A DNA stretch of 64,000 nucleotides from Kiritimatiellia bacterium (GTDB taxonomy: Bacteria > Verrucomicrobiota > Kiritimatiellia > RFP12 > UBA1067). The position numbers were made by a program, and so were the translations under genes. Location of the stretch: contig JAILJX010000124.1 of the NCBI GenBank assembly GCA_024694365.1, positions 49 through 64,048 on the forward strand, written 5' to 3'. Under the pieces are notes generated by a model. The model was not told the DNA's origin, ran no database searches, and saw nothing but the letters and a program-made list of their open reading frames with translations. Of the stretch, positions 1 through 9,183 are shown in pieces. Numbering within the stretch: position 1 is the stretch's first letter; every line of letters starts with the position of its first letter.

Positions 1-2127
1 CACTTCTGCGACTTCTGCGGATTTGGGTGCCTTGCGGCGGGCGAGTACTTCAAGGCGACATTGTCGGAGCTGGGGTATGATGTGCCGACGGACGGGACGG
101 CGTACTCGGTGAAGGCGTACGGGCTGCCGGCGGGGCTGAAGCTCAAGTACAACGCCGCCGTCACGAAGAAGGTGAAGGTGAAGGGGAAGTGGAAGAAGGT
201 GGTGGTGAAGGCGGCGAAGAGCGAGTGGTGGATCGAGGGCGTGCCCACGGCGGCGATGGACTACTGGACTAATCCGGCGTATCTCGTCATTGCCGCCAAT
301 GGTGTGACCACGACGGAGCCTCTGCCGATCGAGGTGCTGGCGCAGGATGTGACGGAACTTGGCACGTTCCCGGTAGGAACCGTCTGGAACGCCGAGTCGC
401 CGCTTTACCTGCCAGGCGTCACGAACGGCTGGACGGTGTCGGGCCTGCCGTCGGGTCTCAAGTACACTTCGAAGCTCGTGACGACGAAGAAGATGAAGGG
501 CAAGAAGGTGGTGTCCGTCACCACGAACGCATTGCCGTATTCGGTGTACGGCAAAACGACGAAGGCCGGCTTGTTCACGATAACCGCGAAGAAGAAGAAG
601 GGCGCGTACAACGAGACGATGAAGTACCGGGTGCTGGTGACGCCGAAGGCGGTCGACGCGGCGAGGTTCGGAGAGGATTTGACGAACATCACGACGATGG
701 CGTACGTGCCTGTGGACTGGGATTTGGCGAGCGGCGGCGAATGGGATGGCGGTCACGCGGGACGCGTGACCCTACCGGCCGTGTCCGGGGTTGGCGGGAA
801 GGTCGCGAAGGTGGCCGGGCTGCCGGCGGGTCTTGCGTTCGCCGCGGCGAACGTGTATTCCGACAAGAACAAGACCAAGCTGAAGCAATACGGCCAGACG
901 ATAGTCGGCACGCCGACGAAACCCGGCACGTACGTGGTCACATTCACGAAGAACGTGACGACGGGAACGGGCAAGAACAAGAAGACCGTCGCTAAGACCG
1001 CGCAGATCCTGTGGAAGGTCGTGGCGAACGACGCGGAGCTGGATCTTTGGTTCAACACGGGGGGCGGCGTCCTGGAAAGCGGCATGGCGGGACTCAAGTA
1101 CGACGACCTGCTCGCGTTCGAGGCGACCAGCAACGCCACAGTGACGGCGAGCGGTTTGCCGGCGGGAATGAAGCTGGTGAGGTCGGAGGGGGGAGAGTCG
1201 CAGTCCTCTGCGACCGATCCGGACGCGCAGGAGCGCGTCCCTCCCGTGTGGTGGGGATTTGAAGGCTCCGCCGCGAAGGCGGGGAAGTATCTCGTCACCG
1301 TCACGGCGACGCTGAACGGGAAGACCGTGCGCCAGCGCCTTCTGCTGGAGGTGGACGGCCTGCCGGTGCATGCGAAGGGGGCGTTCTACGGCAAGACGTT
1401 CACCAGCCCCATCAATGTGACGGGCTCGAATTTCAGCCTCAACATGACCAATGTCGTCGGGCTTGCGACGATGGGCGTCACCTCGGCGGGCAAGATAAGC
1501 GGAAAGTTCCAGGTGTACGGCACGAACTGGACGTTCAGCGCGAACAGCTATGCGTGGACGGACGAGTGGCATGTCAAGGGCCAGGTGGTCAGGCGGAATC
1601 AGGCTTTCGGGACACTGGCGACGGCGCGGTACGCGTACAAGGAGAAGGTCAAGGTGAACGGGAAGTGGAAGACGGTCACAAGGACGCTGACAAAGACACT
1701 GGAGGTCAATGTCGACGGCAGCGGTGTCCTTGTGCACGACCCGGAAGACGGCGTCTCCGCGTACCTTCACAAGGACCTGTGGGGTTCCACGTACAAGAAG
1801 GTTGGCCAGAAGCTGTTCGTGACTGGCAAGAACAAGTACAAGGAGTATCGGTACACTGTGGACGTGGAGGGGAAGAACTGTCCGCTCACCGTGAAGGTGA
1901 CGACGGCGGGCAAGGCCACGGCCACGCTCAAGTGGAACACCGGCAGGAAGAACAAGGGCAAGTGGGTGTACTACACGCCGTCGTGTTCGACGGTGGTGTA
2001 TCCCACCGGCGGCTCGACGGTCGATCCCGAGAATTTCACTGGCGAGGTGAACTACTACTTCGCGCCTTCACCCGCGAACAACTTCCCGGGCGTGGGCGAG
2101 ACTGTTGGAGTGGGCGTCGGGTATTAG
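1..2127 (+). CDS. Secreted/surface repeat protein, 5' end outside window; He_PIG-like (GLPxGL) Ig-type repeats with Lys-rich inserts
   Basis: Frame 1 is open from nt 1 to TAG at 2125-2127. Repeated YGLPAGLKL / VSGLPSGLKY / VAGLPAGLAF / ASGLPAGMKL motifs are each followed by a K-rich stretch. No catalytic motif recognised. Confidence 0.5.
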   Translation, partial: HFCDFCGFGCLAAGEYFKATLSELGYDVPTDGTAYSVKAYGLPAGLKLKYNAAVTKKVKVKGKWKKVVVKAAKSEWWIEGVPTAAMDYWTNPAYLVIAANGVTTTEPLPIEVLAQDVTELGTFPVGTVWNAESPLYLPGVTNGWTVSGLPSGLKYTSKLVTTKKMKGKKVVSVTTNALPYSVYGKTTKAGLFTITAKKKKGAYNETMKYRVLVTPKAVDAARFGEDLTNITTMAYVPVDWDLASGGEWDGGHAGRVTLPAVSGVGGKVAKVAGLPAGLAFAAANVYSDKNKTKLKQYGQTIVGTPTKPGTYVVTFTKNVTTGTGKNKKTVAKTAQILWKVVANDAELDLWFNTGGGVLESGMAGLKYDDLLAFEATSNATVTASGLPAGMKLVRSEGGESQSSATDPDAQERVPPVWWGFEGSAAKAGKYLVTVTATLNGKTVRQRLLLEVDGLPVHAKGAFYGKTFTSPINVTGSNFSLNMTNVVGLATMGVTSAGKISGKFQVYGTNWTFSANSYAWTDEWHVKGQVVRRNQAFGTLATARYAYKEKVKVNGKWKTVTRTLTKTLEVNVDGSGVLVHDPEDGVSAYLHKDLWGSTYKKVGQKLFVTGKNKYKEYRYTVDVEGKNCPLTVKVTTAGKATATLKWNTGRKNKGKWVYYTPSCSTVVYPTGGSTVDPENFTGEVNYYFAPSPANNFPGVGETVGVGVGY

Positions 2128-2194
2128 ACGGGAAAGTCGTGCCCGCTTTCGCTCAAGATCACGCCGAACGGCAAAACAGATGTCCGATAGCGTC

Positions 2195-2223
2195 TTGCGT
2201 CGGCGGGGAAAAAGCGGTAGAAT
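2195..2223 (+). promoter_or_regulatory. Candidate sigma70-type promoter for ilvE (TTGCGT-N17-TAGAAT)
   Basis: TTGCGT at 2195-2200 and TAGAAT at 2218-2223, 17-nt spacer. AAGGAG Shine-Dalgarno at 2237-2242 precedes ATG 2248. Confidence 0.4.
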
Positions 2224-2247
2224 ATCCCGCCAAACAAGGAGTCAACT

Positions 2248-3267
2248 ATGCCAAACATCGACTGGTCCAAGCTGGGTTTCGGATTTTCCGACGTCAACTG
2301 CCACATCCGCTACACGTGGAAGGACGGCGCGTGGAGCGCGCCGGAGTTCGTCAAGGATCCCTACATAACGATGCATATCGGCGCGAGCTGCCTGCACTAC
2401 GGGCAGGAGTGCTTCGAGGGAATGAAGGCGTTCCGCCAGCAGGACGGGAAGATCGTGATCTTCCGTCCGGAGGAGAACGCGAAGCGCATGTACCGCACCG
2501 CGGTCCGCTGCGTGATGCCGCCGGTGCCGGAGGAGATGTTCATAGACGCCGCGGAGCAGGTGATCCGCGCGAACGCCGAGTACGTGCCGCCGTACGGGAC
2601 TGGCGGCTCGCTCTACCTGCGTCCGCTCCTGATCGGCACGGGCCCGCAGATCGGCGTGGCGCCGGCGAAGGAGTACACCTTCATGATCATGGTGATGCCT
2701 GTCGGAGCGTACTACAAGGGCGGACTCAAGCCGGTCCGCGCCGTGATTCTCGACGACTGGGATCGTGCGGCTCCGCATGGCATGGGCGATGTAAAGGTCG
2801 GAGGAAACTACGCAGCCTCGCTTTTCGCCCACGAGAAGGCCAAGCGCGACGGATGGCCGGTGGAGCTGTATCTTGACGCAAAGAGCCACAAGTTCGTCGA
2901 GGAGTTCTCCACTTCCAATTTCCTCGGCATAACCAAGGACGGCAAGTACGTGACCCCCGACAGCTGTTCGGTGCTCCCTTCGGTCACGAATCTCTCCTTG
3001 CGCGAAGTCGCCGCCGATCTCGGGATGCCGGTCGAACGCAGGCAGATCCCCTATGAAGAAATCAGGGAATTCGCGGCCGTTGCGGCCCTTGGCACGGCGG
3101 TCGTCATCACCCCTGTCTGGGAAATCACCCGGGGCTGCGAAGTCGTGAAGATCTCCGACGAAACGGAAGTGCATCCCACGCTTCTGAAGCTCTATCAGAC
3201 GGTGCAGGGAATTCAGTACGGAGAGCTTCCCGACACCCATGGCTGGTGCCATGAGGTGAAAGTCTGA
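2248..3267 (+). CDS. ilvE: Branched-chain amino acid aminotransferase (PLP fold type IV)
   Basis: 339 aa. Motifs ECFEGMKAF, GTGGSLYLRPL and GDVKVGGNYAAS are typical of long-form IlvE. Strong SD. Confidence 0.9.
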   Translation: MPNIDWSKLGFGFSDVNCHIRYTWKDGAWSAPEFVKDPYITMHIGASCLHYGQECFEGMKAFRQQDGKIVIFRPEENAKRMYRTAVRCVMPPVPEEMFIDAAEQVIRANAEYVPPYGTGGSLYLRPLLIGTGPQIGVAPAKEYTFMIMVMPVGAYYKGGLKPVRAVILDDWDRAAPHGMGDVKVGGNYAASLFAHEKAKRDGWPVELYLDAKSHKFVEEFSTSNFLGITKDGKYVTPDSCSVLPSVTNLSLREVAADLGMPVERRQIPYEEIREFAAVAALGTAVVITPVWEITRGCEVVKISDETEVHPTLLKLYQTVQGIQYGELPDTHGWCHEVKV

Positions 3268-3272
3268 ACAGC

Positions 3273-5018
3273 TTGAGAAGAGATTGGCTAGAGCGCGAGG
3301 CAGACCCCGCCGTTGTCGACGGACTCGTCGCGGCGGGAGAGTCTCCGCTTATGGCGCGGCTCCTGGCGATACGCGGGGTCTCGGCCGGCGAGCTCGAGGG
3401 CTTCCTGGCCCCTTCGCTGTCTGATATCGCCGATCCGCTTTCGCTGCCCGGCGTCAGGGAGGCGGTGGAGGCGATTCTGCCGGCGGTGCGCTCGCACGGG
3501 CGCATAGTGGTTTTCGGCGATTACGACTGCGATGGAGTGTGCGCGAGCGCGATACTGTTCGCGGCGCTGTCGGCGATGGGAGCCGACGCAAAGGTTTTCC
3601 TTCCCGAGCGCCTGAGCGAGGGATACGGAATGAACGATGCGGCGGTAAGCCGCATGCTGGCCGAGAATCCTTCCGTCTCGCTTGTGGTGACCGTAGACAA
3701 CGGGATCAACTCGGCCGTACAGGTCGGTGCGCTGCGGGCAAAGGGAATCTCGGTGGTCGTGACCGATCACCATCTGCCCGGAGACGATCTGCCCGCCTGC
3801 CCTCTGGTGAATCCGAAGATACTTTCGCCGGCGGAGCTTGACGGGCTTTGCGGCGCGGGAGTCGCGCTGTTTGTCGCCTACCGGCTGGTTGCGCGGGCCA
3901 AGGAGGAGGGCCTGTATTCTGGTCCGCCTCTGTCCGCTCCGCTGATCGTCCTCGCGGGGCTCGCAACCGTCACGGACATAATGCCGCTTAAAGGACAGAA
4001 CAGGCTTCTCGTGGCGTCTGCGCTCAGGCTTTTCCGCAAGTTTGCGCCAATCGGGCTGAAGGAGCTGTTCGCCCGGGCGTCGCGGCATTGCCCCGTATGC
4101 CTGACGTCCAAGGATTTCGGCTTTCTGCTCGGTCCGCGGGTAAACGCGGCAGGCAGGATGGGAAGCGGGATGGAGGCCCTTGATCTGCTTCTGGCGAAAG
4201 ACCGCGAGGAAGCCCGGGAGCTTGCAAGACGCGTGGATCTTAGGAACGCCGAGCGCAAGAAGGCGGAGCAGACCATGGCCGAGCAGGCTTTGAGCGGAGT
4301 CGTTCCCGGCGCTCCGGCTCAGGTGATATGCCTCCCCGACGGGAATCCCGGCGTTGCAGGCATAGTCGCCGCGCGGATTCTGGAATGGCTCTCCGAGACG
4401 TCGGGTGCGGTTCCCGTCTGCGTGGCTGTCGGTTCGCGCGGATCGGCCCGCGCGCCGGACGGATACAACGTGCGCGATGCGTTCGCGGCATGCTCGGAGC
4501 ATCTCGATTCTTTCGGCGGTCATGCCGCCGCAGGCGGATTCCGCGTCAAGGACGGAAGAATGGATGTCTTCCGCCGGGCGTTCGATTCGGCATGCGCCGC
4601 GCAGGCTGCAGCCGCTCCGCGTGCGGGAGCGGTGCTTTGCGATGCCTTTGTGGAAGGGGAAGACCTGTCGCTGGAGTTTGTGGAATCGCTGTCGAAGCTT
4701 GAGCCGTTTGGAGAGGGGAATCCCGAGCCCGTGTTCGCGATGCGTGGAGTCTTGCTTTCCGATGTGCGGCCGCTCGGCGCCGACGGAAAACACTTGGCGC
4801 TTGAGTTCCGCGGACGTTCGGTGCCGCGCGCCGTGTGGTGGAATCACGGGGAAAGGATCGGCGAGCTGCGCGCCGGAGCGCACCGCCGGTTCGATATACT
4901 CTTCGCAGCCGAGGTGTCGACCTACGGCGAGAGGCATGTGGAGTTGCGGCTTCTCGACATCCGCGAGACTCCAGGGGATAAAGTTTTTTCCGATACCCCA
5001 TTGACGGCGGTGCGGTAA
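3273..5018 (+). CDS. recJ: Single-stranded-DNA-specific exonuclease RecJ
   Basis: 581 aa. DHH-family motifs FGDYDCDGV, TVDNG, VVVTDHH and GGHAAAGG. TTG start inferred; ATG at 3351 is an alternative. Confidence 0.9.
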   Translation: MRRDWLEREADPAVVDGLVAAGESPLMARLLAIRGVSAGELEGFLAPSLSDIADPLSLPGVREAVEAILPAVRSHGRIVVFGDYDCDGVCASAILFAALSAMGADAKVFLPERLSEGYGMNDAAVSRMLAENPSVSLVVTVDNGINSAVQVGALRAKGISVVVTDHHLPGDDLPACPLVNPKILSPAELDGLCGAGVALFVAYRLVARAKEEGLYSGPPLSAPLIVLAGLATVTDIMPLKGQNRLLVASALRLFRKFAPIGLKELFARASRHCPVCLTSKDFGFLLGPRVNAAGRMGSGMEALDLLLAKDREEARELARRVDLRNAERKKAEQTMAEQALSGVVPGAPAQVICLPDGNPGVAGIVAARILEWLSETSGAVPVCVAVGSRGSARAPDGYNVRDAFAACSEHLDSFGGHAAAGGFRVKDGRMDVFRRAFDSACAAQAAAAPRAGAVLCDAFVEGEDLSLEFVESLSKLEPFGEGNPEPVFAMRGVLLSDVRPLGADGKHLALEFRGRSVPRAVWWNHGERIGELRAGAHRRFDILFAAEVSTYGERHVELRLLDIRETPGDKVFSDTPLTAVR

Positions 5019-5030
5019 AATTGATACAAT
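5001..5030 (+). promoter_or_regulatory. Candidate promoter for RRM gene (TTGACG-N18-TGaTACAAT)
   Basis: TTGACG at 5001-5006; extended -10 TGATACAAT at 5022-5030. The -35 box lies inside the recJ 3' end. Confidence 0.45.
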
Positions 5031-5098
5031 TTACGCGTTCTGTCTGCGGAGGCGGGTGCTTTCGAGGCGGAACATCAGTTACAGTAAGGAAAAAAGAG

Positions 5099-5449
5099 AT
5101 GGAAATCTATGTTGGTAACCTCGCGTACGCGACCACCGACGAGGGTCTCAAGGCGGCGTTCGCGAAGCACGGCGAAGTTACCGCCGTTCGTGTCGTGACC
5201 GATCGCATGACCGGCCGCAGCAAAGGATTCGGCTTCGTCACGATGCCCGACGCCGCGCAGGCGCAGGCCGCGATCGATGCCCTGAACGGACAAGAGCTCG
5301 ACGGACGCACGGTCCGCGTCAATGAATCGCAGCCCAAGCCTCGCGAAGAGCGCGGCCCCCGCGGCGGTTTCGGAGGCGGGCGCGGCGGTTTCGGAGGCGG
5401 GCGCGGCGGCTTCGGCGATCGCGGTCCCCGTCGCGAGACCCGTTGGTAA
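5099..5449 (+). CDS. RRM-type RNA-binding protein with Gly/Arg-rich tail
   Basis: 116 aa from ATG 5099, preceded by AAGGAAAAAAGAG. RNP2 IYVGNL and RNP1 KGFGFVTM. Tail GGFGGGRGGFGGGRGGFGDRG. The upstream part of the 142-aa ORF has no support. Confidence 0.85.
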   Translation: MEIYVGNLAYATTDEGLKAAFAKHGEVTAVRVVTDRMTGRSKGFGFVTMPDAAQAQAAIDALNGQELDGRTVRVNESQPKPREERGPRGGFGGGRGGFGGGRGGFGDRGPRRETRW

Positions 5450-5479
5450 TCGGCGCCTGTCGCCTGATTTCCCAAAACG

Positions 5480-5513
5480 AAAGCACGGCTTCACCGGCCG
5501 TGCTTTTGTTTTT
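5480..5513. terminator. Bidirectional rho-independent terminator between convergent RRM gene and bioA
   Basis: 10-bp stem AAAGCACGGC (5480-5489) / GCCGTGCTTT (5497-5506) with a 7-nt loop. Followed by TTTTGTTTTT on + and by TTTCGTTTTGGG on the - strand. Confidence 0.7.
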
Positions 5514-6799
5514 CACTCGTGGAAGTCGCCGTCGGCGGCGGGCCCGGGTTCGGACTTCGCAAGGTCCGAAAGGGCTTCTGCGATCCTGAGAACGGTTGCG
5601 TCGCCTGAGACAAGGGGCGGCATGGCGTATATGAAATTCGCGAACGGCCTCAGCCAGACGCCATGCGAGTCGATTACGCGCTCTATGTCGCAACGGGCCG
5701 GAAGATGTTCGACTTCGATCACGGCGGAGGCCCCCAGCACGCGTACGTCCTTGATGTTGCGCAGACCCTTCAGAGGAGAGAGAGAGTCTTTGAACAGACG
5801 CTCGATTCTTGCGACGCGTGCGGCGTAGTCCGCATCCGCGAAAAGGTCCAGCGACGCGCACGCCGCGGCGCAGGCCAGCGGATTCGCCATATAGGTCGGA
5901 CCGTGCATGAAAGCCGACGGGCTTCCCGAAGAAATCGTCCCGGCGACTCTTTCCGACGCGATTGCCGCGGCGAGAGTGACATGGCCGCCCGTTAGAGCCT
6001 TGCCGACCGTCATTATGTCGGGGGCTACTCCGGACCTGAGATGGGCCCAGAGGGGACCCGTCCTGAAGAAGCCTGCCGCTATTTCGTCAAACACGAGCAG
6101 CGCTCCGTTCTCGTCGCATATGCGGCGCATTTCCTTGAGGCACTCCGGCGGATAGAAGTTCATCGCGTTCGCAGCCTGAAAAACCGGTTCGCATATGACC
6201 GCGGCGATTTCGCCCGGATGCTCCGCGAAGACGCGTTCGAGCGAGCGTGCGAATCCGGGGACGTCCCCGGTCGGCTTCTCCGCGAAGAAATGCCGTGTCA
6301 TTATCCCCCGGAACAGGGTGTGCATTCCGTCCGGATCGGAAAGCGCCATGCAAAGGGAAGTGTCGCCGTGATAGCCGCCTTTCAGGGCGACGAGTTTGCA
6401 CCGCTCCGGGCAGCCTAGCGAAACGTGGTACTGTATCGCCATCTTCGCGGCCACTTCGACGGATATGGAGCCCGAGTCGGCGAAAAAGACGCGGTTCAAT
6501 CCGCGGGGCGCCAGTTCGGCGAGACGTCCTGCGAGCTCGATTGCCGGATCGTGCGTGAATCCGCCGAACATCACATGGCAAAGCCTTTCGCTTTGGCGCC
6601 GCATGGCCTCGATGATATGCGGATGGTTGTGCCCGTGAGCGACGCACCACCAGCTCGATACGGCGTCCACGAGTTCCCTGCCGTCGGCGAGAACGAGATT
6701 GACGCCATGGGCGGACTTGACATGCCTGACAGGCGGCGGATCCTTCAGCGACGCATACGGATGCCATATGAATGAGCGGTCGTATTCCAGCGCGGTCAT
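5513..6799 (-). CDS. bioA: Adenosylmethionine-8-amino-7-oxononanoate aminotransferase
   Basis: 428 aa from MTALEYDRSFIWHPY. Motifs SWWCVAHGHNHP and DEIAAGFFRTG; PLP-Lys context TVGKALTGG. Start overlaps the bioD stop (ATGA at 6796-6799). Confidence 0.9.
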   Translation of the reverse strand: MTALEYDRSFIWHPYASLKDPPPVRHVKSAHGVNLVLADGRELVDAVSSWWCVAHGHNHPHIIEAMRRQSERLCHVMFGGFTHDPAIELAGRLAELAPRGLNRVFFADSGSISVEVAAKMAIQYHVSLGCPERCKLVALKGGYHGDTSLCMALSDPDGMHTLFRGIMTRHFFAEKPTGDVPGFARSLERVFAEHPGEIAAVICEPVFQAANAMNFYPPECLKEMRRICDENGALLVFDEIAAGFFRTGPLWAHLRSGVAPDIMTVGKALTGGHVTLAAAIASERVAGTISSGSPSAFMHGPTYMANPLACAAACASLDLFADADYAARVARIERLFKDSLSPLKGLRNIKDVRVLGASAVIEVEHLPARCDIERVIDSHGVWLRPFANFIYAMPPLVSGDATVLRIAEALSDLAKSEPGPAADGDFHE

Positions 6800-7476
6800 T
6801 TGAACATCTCCGAAAAGTCGATGTCCGGCCAGGCGCCGTTTTCGATGCGCGGAATCCTGGCGATGACAGGCGGAAATCCCCATTTCGCGAGATAGGCCTT
6901 CGTCGTTTCGGGAGTGTCGCGGTCTATTTCGGGGACGACATCCGGCGCCCAGTTGTACACGACGCCCGCGACAGGCATTTTGCGCGCGCGCGCGGCTTCA
7001 AGGGACAGAAGGGTGTGGTTGAGCGATCCGAGCCGTCCGCACGTGACGAGAATCAGCGGCCAGCCGCGCTTGGCGGCGAAATCAACCGCAAGCGTATCCC
7101 CGTCGAGCGGGACGTCAAGCCCGCCGGCAGATTCCACCAGCACGATTTCGTGGCTGCGCGAACAGGCGTCGATGCACATCTCGATTCGCCTCAGGTCGAC
7201 AGACTTCCCCTCCAGCTCCGCGGCGAGCTTCGGAGAAGAAGGGAACTTGAATATCTGGGGCGAAGTCAGGCCCAGTTCGTCTTCGTAGCAGCGGGGCGCG
7301 CCGGATATCCGGCGGTGCTCCTCGAGGTCTTCCGAGAAGCCGATGTTGCCCGTCTGCACGAGCTTGACCGTGATTGCGTCCACGCCGCGCGATCTGAGGT
7401 GGCGGGCCATGAGGCCTGTCGCAACGGTCTTCCCTATTCCGGTGTCTATTCCGGAGATGAAATATATACGATTCAT
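6796..7476 (-). CDS. bioD: Dethiobiotin synthase
   Basis: 226 aa from MNRIYFISGIDTGIGKT (P-loop at the N-terminus, as in BioD). The longer 307-aa ORF extension has no support. Confidence 0.9.
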   Translation of the reverse strand: MNRIYFISGIDTGIGKTVATGLMARHLRSRGVDAITVKLVQTGNIGFSEDLEEHRRISGAPRCYEDELGLTSPQIFKFPSSPKLAAELEGKSVDLRRIEMCIDACSRSHEIVLVESAGGLDVPLDGDTLAVDFAAKRGWPLILVTCGRLGSLNHTLLSLEAARARKMPVAGVVYNWAPDVVPEIDRDTPETTKAYLAKWGFPPVIARIPRIENGAWPDIDFSEMFK

Positions 7477-7486
7477 ATGTGCGGAT

Positions 7487-7495
7487 ATTATACCA
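7487..7495 (-). promoter_or_regulatory. Extended -10 box TGGTATAAT (minus strand) for bioD-bioA; near-leaderless
   Basis: The reverse complement of 7487-7495 reads TGGTATAAT. Only 10 nt separate the hexamer from the bioD ATG (7476). Confidence 0.5.
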
Positions 7496-7530
7496 TAGTT
7501 GCGTACGGGATAGACGCGCGTGATTGGATT

Positions 7531-7539
7531 TGGTATAAT
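7531..7539 (+). promoter_or_regulatory. Extended -10 box TGGTATAAT for galE
   Basis: TGGTATAAT at 7531-7539. AAAGGA SD at 7555-7560 and ATG at 7571. Divergent partner of the bioD promoter. Confidence 0.5.
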
Positions 7540-7570
7540 AGCCCCACACACAAGAAAGGAAATAAGAGCA

Positions 7571-8611
7571 ATGAAGATTCTTGTAACGGGAGGCGCCGGA
7601 TTCATCGGAAGCCACACGGTGGTTGAACTTCTCAACGCGGGGCACGATGTCGTCGTCGTCGACAATCTCTGCAACAGTTCGAAGAAGTCCCTTGCGAGAG
7701 TGAAGAAGATCACCGGCAAGGACGTGAAGTTCTACAAACTCGACATCCGCGACGCGAAAAAGCTGAACGCCATGCTTGACGCCGAAGCGCCGTTCGGGGC
7801 GACGATCCACTTCGCGGCGCTGAAGGCCGTCGGGGAATCCACGAAGATACCGCTCAAATACTACAACAACAACCTGGGAGGGACCTTCACGCTTCTCCAG
7901 TGCCTTGCGGACCACGGATGCAAGAACATCGTGTTTTCAAGTTCCGCCACGGTTTACGGCGACCCGAAGAGCGTGCCCATACGCGAAGATTTTCCGACGC
8001 CCGGCTGCACGAATGCGTACGGGTGGACGAAGCTCATGATGGAGCAGGTTTTCAAGGACGTCCAAAAGGCCGATCCCGAATGGAACGTGATACTTCTCAG
8101 GTATTTCAACCCGATCGGAGCGCACAAGTCCGGTCTCATCGGCGAGGATCCGGCCGGAATCCCGAACAACCTTCTCCCGTTCGTTGCGCAGGTCGCCATC
8201 GGGCGCCGCCCCGAGCTCAGCGTGTTCGGCAACGACTATCCCACTCCGGACGGCACGGGCGTGCGCGACTACATACACGTGGTGGACCTTGCGCTCGGGC
8301 ACTTGAAGGCCATCGAGAAACTGGAGAAGAGCCCGGATCTGGGGCTCAAGATATACAACCTCGGCACGGGCAACGGCTACTCGGTGCTTCAGATCGTAAA
8401 GGCGTTCGAAAAGGCTTCCGGCCGTCCGGTTCCCTACAAGATATGCCCGCGCCGTCCGGGAGACATCGCGGAATGCTGGGCGGACCCCTCGCTTGCGGCG
8501 AAGGAGCTCGGCTGGAAGGCGGAGCGCGGGATCGAAGAGATGTGCGAAGATGCGTGGCGCTGGCAGAAGAAGAATCCGTATGGATTTAACAATCCGCCCA
8601 AGAAGGCGTGA
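7571..8611 (+). CDS. galE: UDP-glucose 4-epimerase
   Basis: 346 aa from MKILVTGGAGFIGSH (Rossmann GxxGxxG). YGWTK (YxxxK) catalytic motif. Full-length SDR-extended pattern. Confidence 0.9.
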   Translation: MKILVTGGAGFIGSHTVVELLNAGHDVVVVDNLCNSSKKSLARVKKITGKDVKFYKLDIRDAKKLNAMLDAEAPFGATIHFAALKAVGESTKIPLKYYNNNLGGTFTLLQCLADHGCKNIVFSSSATVYGDPKSVPIREDFPTPGCTNAYGWTKLMMEQVFKDVQKADPEWNVILLRYFNPIGAHKSGLIGEDPAGIPNNLLPFVAQVAIGRRPELSVFGNDYPTPDGTGVRDYIHVVDLALGHLKAIEKLEKSPDLGLKIYNLGTGNGYSVLQIVKAFEKASGRPVPYKICPRRPGDIAECWADPSLAAKELGWKAERGIEEMCEDAWRWQKKNPYGFNNPPKKA

Positions 8612-9183
8612 CGGCGTTAGACTACATTCTCGACGGTCTGGAGGCCGAGCTGGCGCTTGAGCGCGAGCTCGGCGTCCGTTCGTTTGAGATGGACCGTGCT
8701 TTGCTGGTGCCGGAAGCTCCGCCCCGCCCAGAAACGCCGGCGCAACGTCAATCGCCGGTCCGGGTTCCGCCGCCGGCCCCCGCCGTGGATCCGTCAGACA
8801 GGCGCCCATCTCCCCGCAAGGCGGCCATTGCATTTCTCCATGACATGCCTCTTGGCGCGGCCGGAGAGATGATGATGGGCAAAATCGTGTCGGCGTTGAA
8901 ACTGCCCGAGGATGAAGCGCCGGTCGTCAGCTCGGGGTTGCTCCCGGACGCGGACGTCTATGTCGTGCTGGGCGCGCGCGCACTGAAGAAATGGTTCCCC
9001 GGGAAGTCGGCATCGCCGGGGCAAGGCTTCGCGGCGGAGTCCGGACGTCCCGTGCTCGTCACATATACGCCGAATTACATCCTCCGTTTCACGACCGTGA
9101 CGCCTGCGCTCCAGCAGATAAAACGAGATATGTGGACGACCATAAAGTCGGCCGCAAGGAAGGTTTCGGACAATGCTAAATGA
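8608..9183 (+). CDS. Uracil-DNA glycosylase superfamily-like protein, apparently degenerate active site, Pro-rich N-terminal half
   Basis: 191 aa. GTG start overlaps the galE stop (GTGA). The C-terminal half resembles family-4 UDG, but the usual GEAPG-type motif is replaced by LHDMPLGAAGE and the HPS-type motif by TYTPNY. Confidence 0.4.
   Translation: MTALDYILDGLEAELALERELGVRSFEMDRALLVPEAPPRPETPAQRQSPVRVPPPAPAVDPSDRRPSPRKAAIAFLHDMPLGAAGEMMMGKIVSALKLPEDEAPVVSSGLLPDADVYVVLGARALKKWFPGKSASPGQGFAAESGRPVLVTYTPNYILRFTTVTPALQQIKRDMWTTIKSAARKVSDNAK

Noticed and set aside
3288-4937. 549-aa minus-strand ORF opposite recJ. Similar cases lie opposite lptF (10808-12079), sctC (48018-49361), sctW (50427-51998) and sctI-J (56968-58176)
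   Set aside because: Same reasoning: antisense to genes with diagnostic motifs, with Arg-rich nonsense-like translations.
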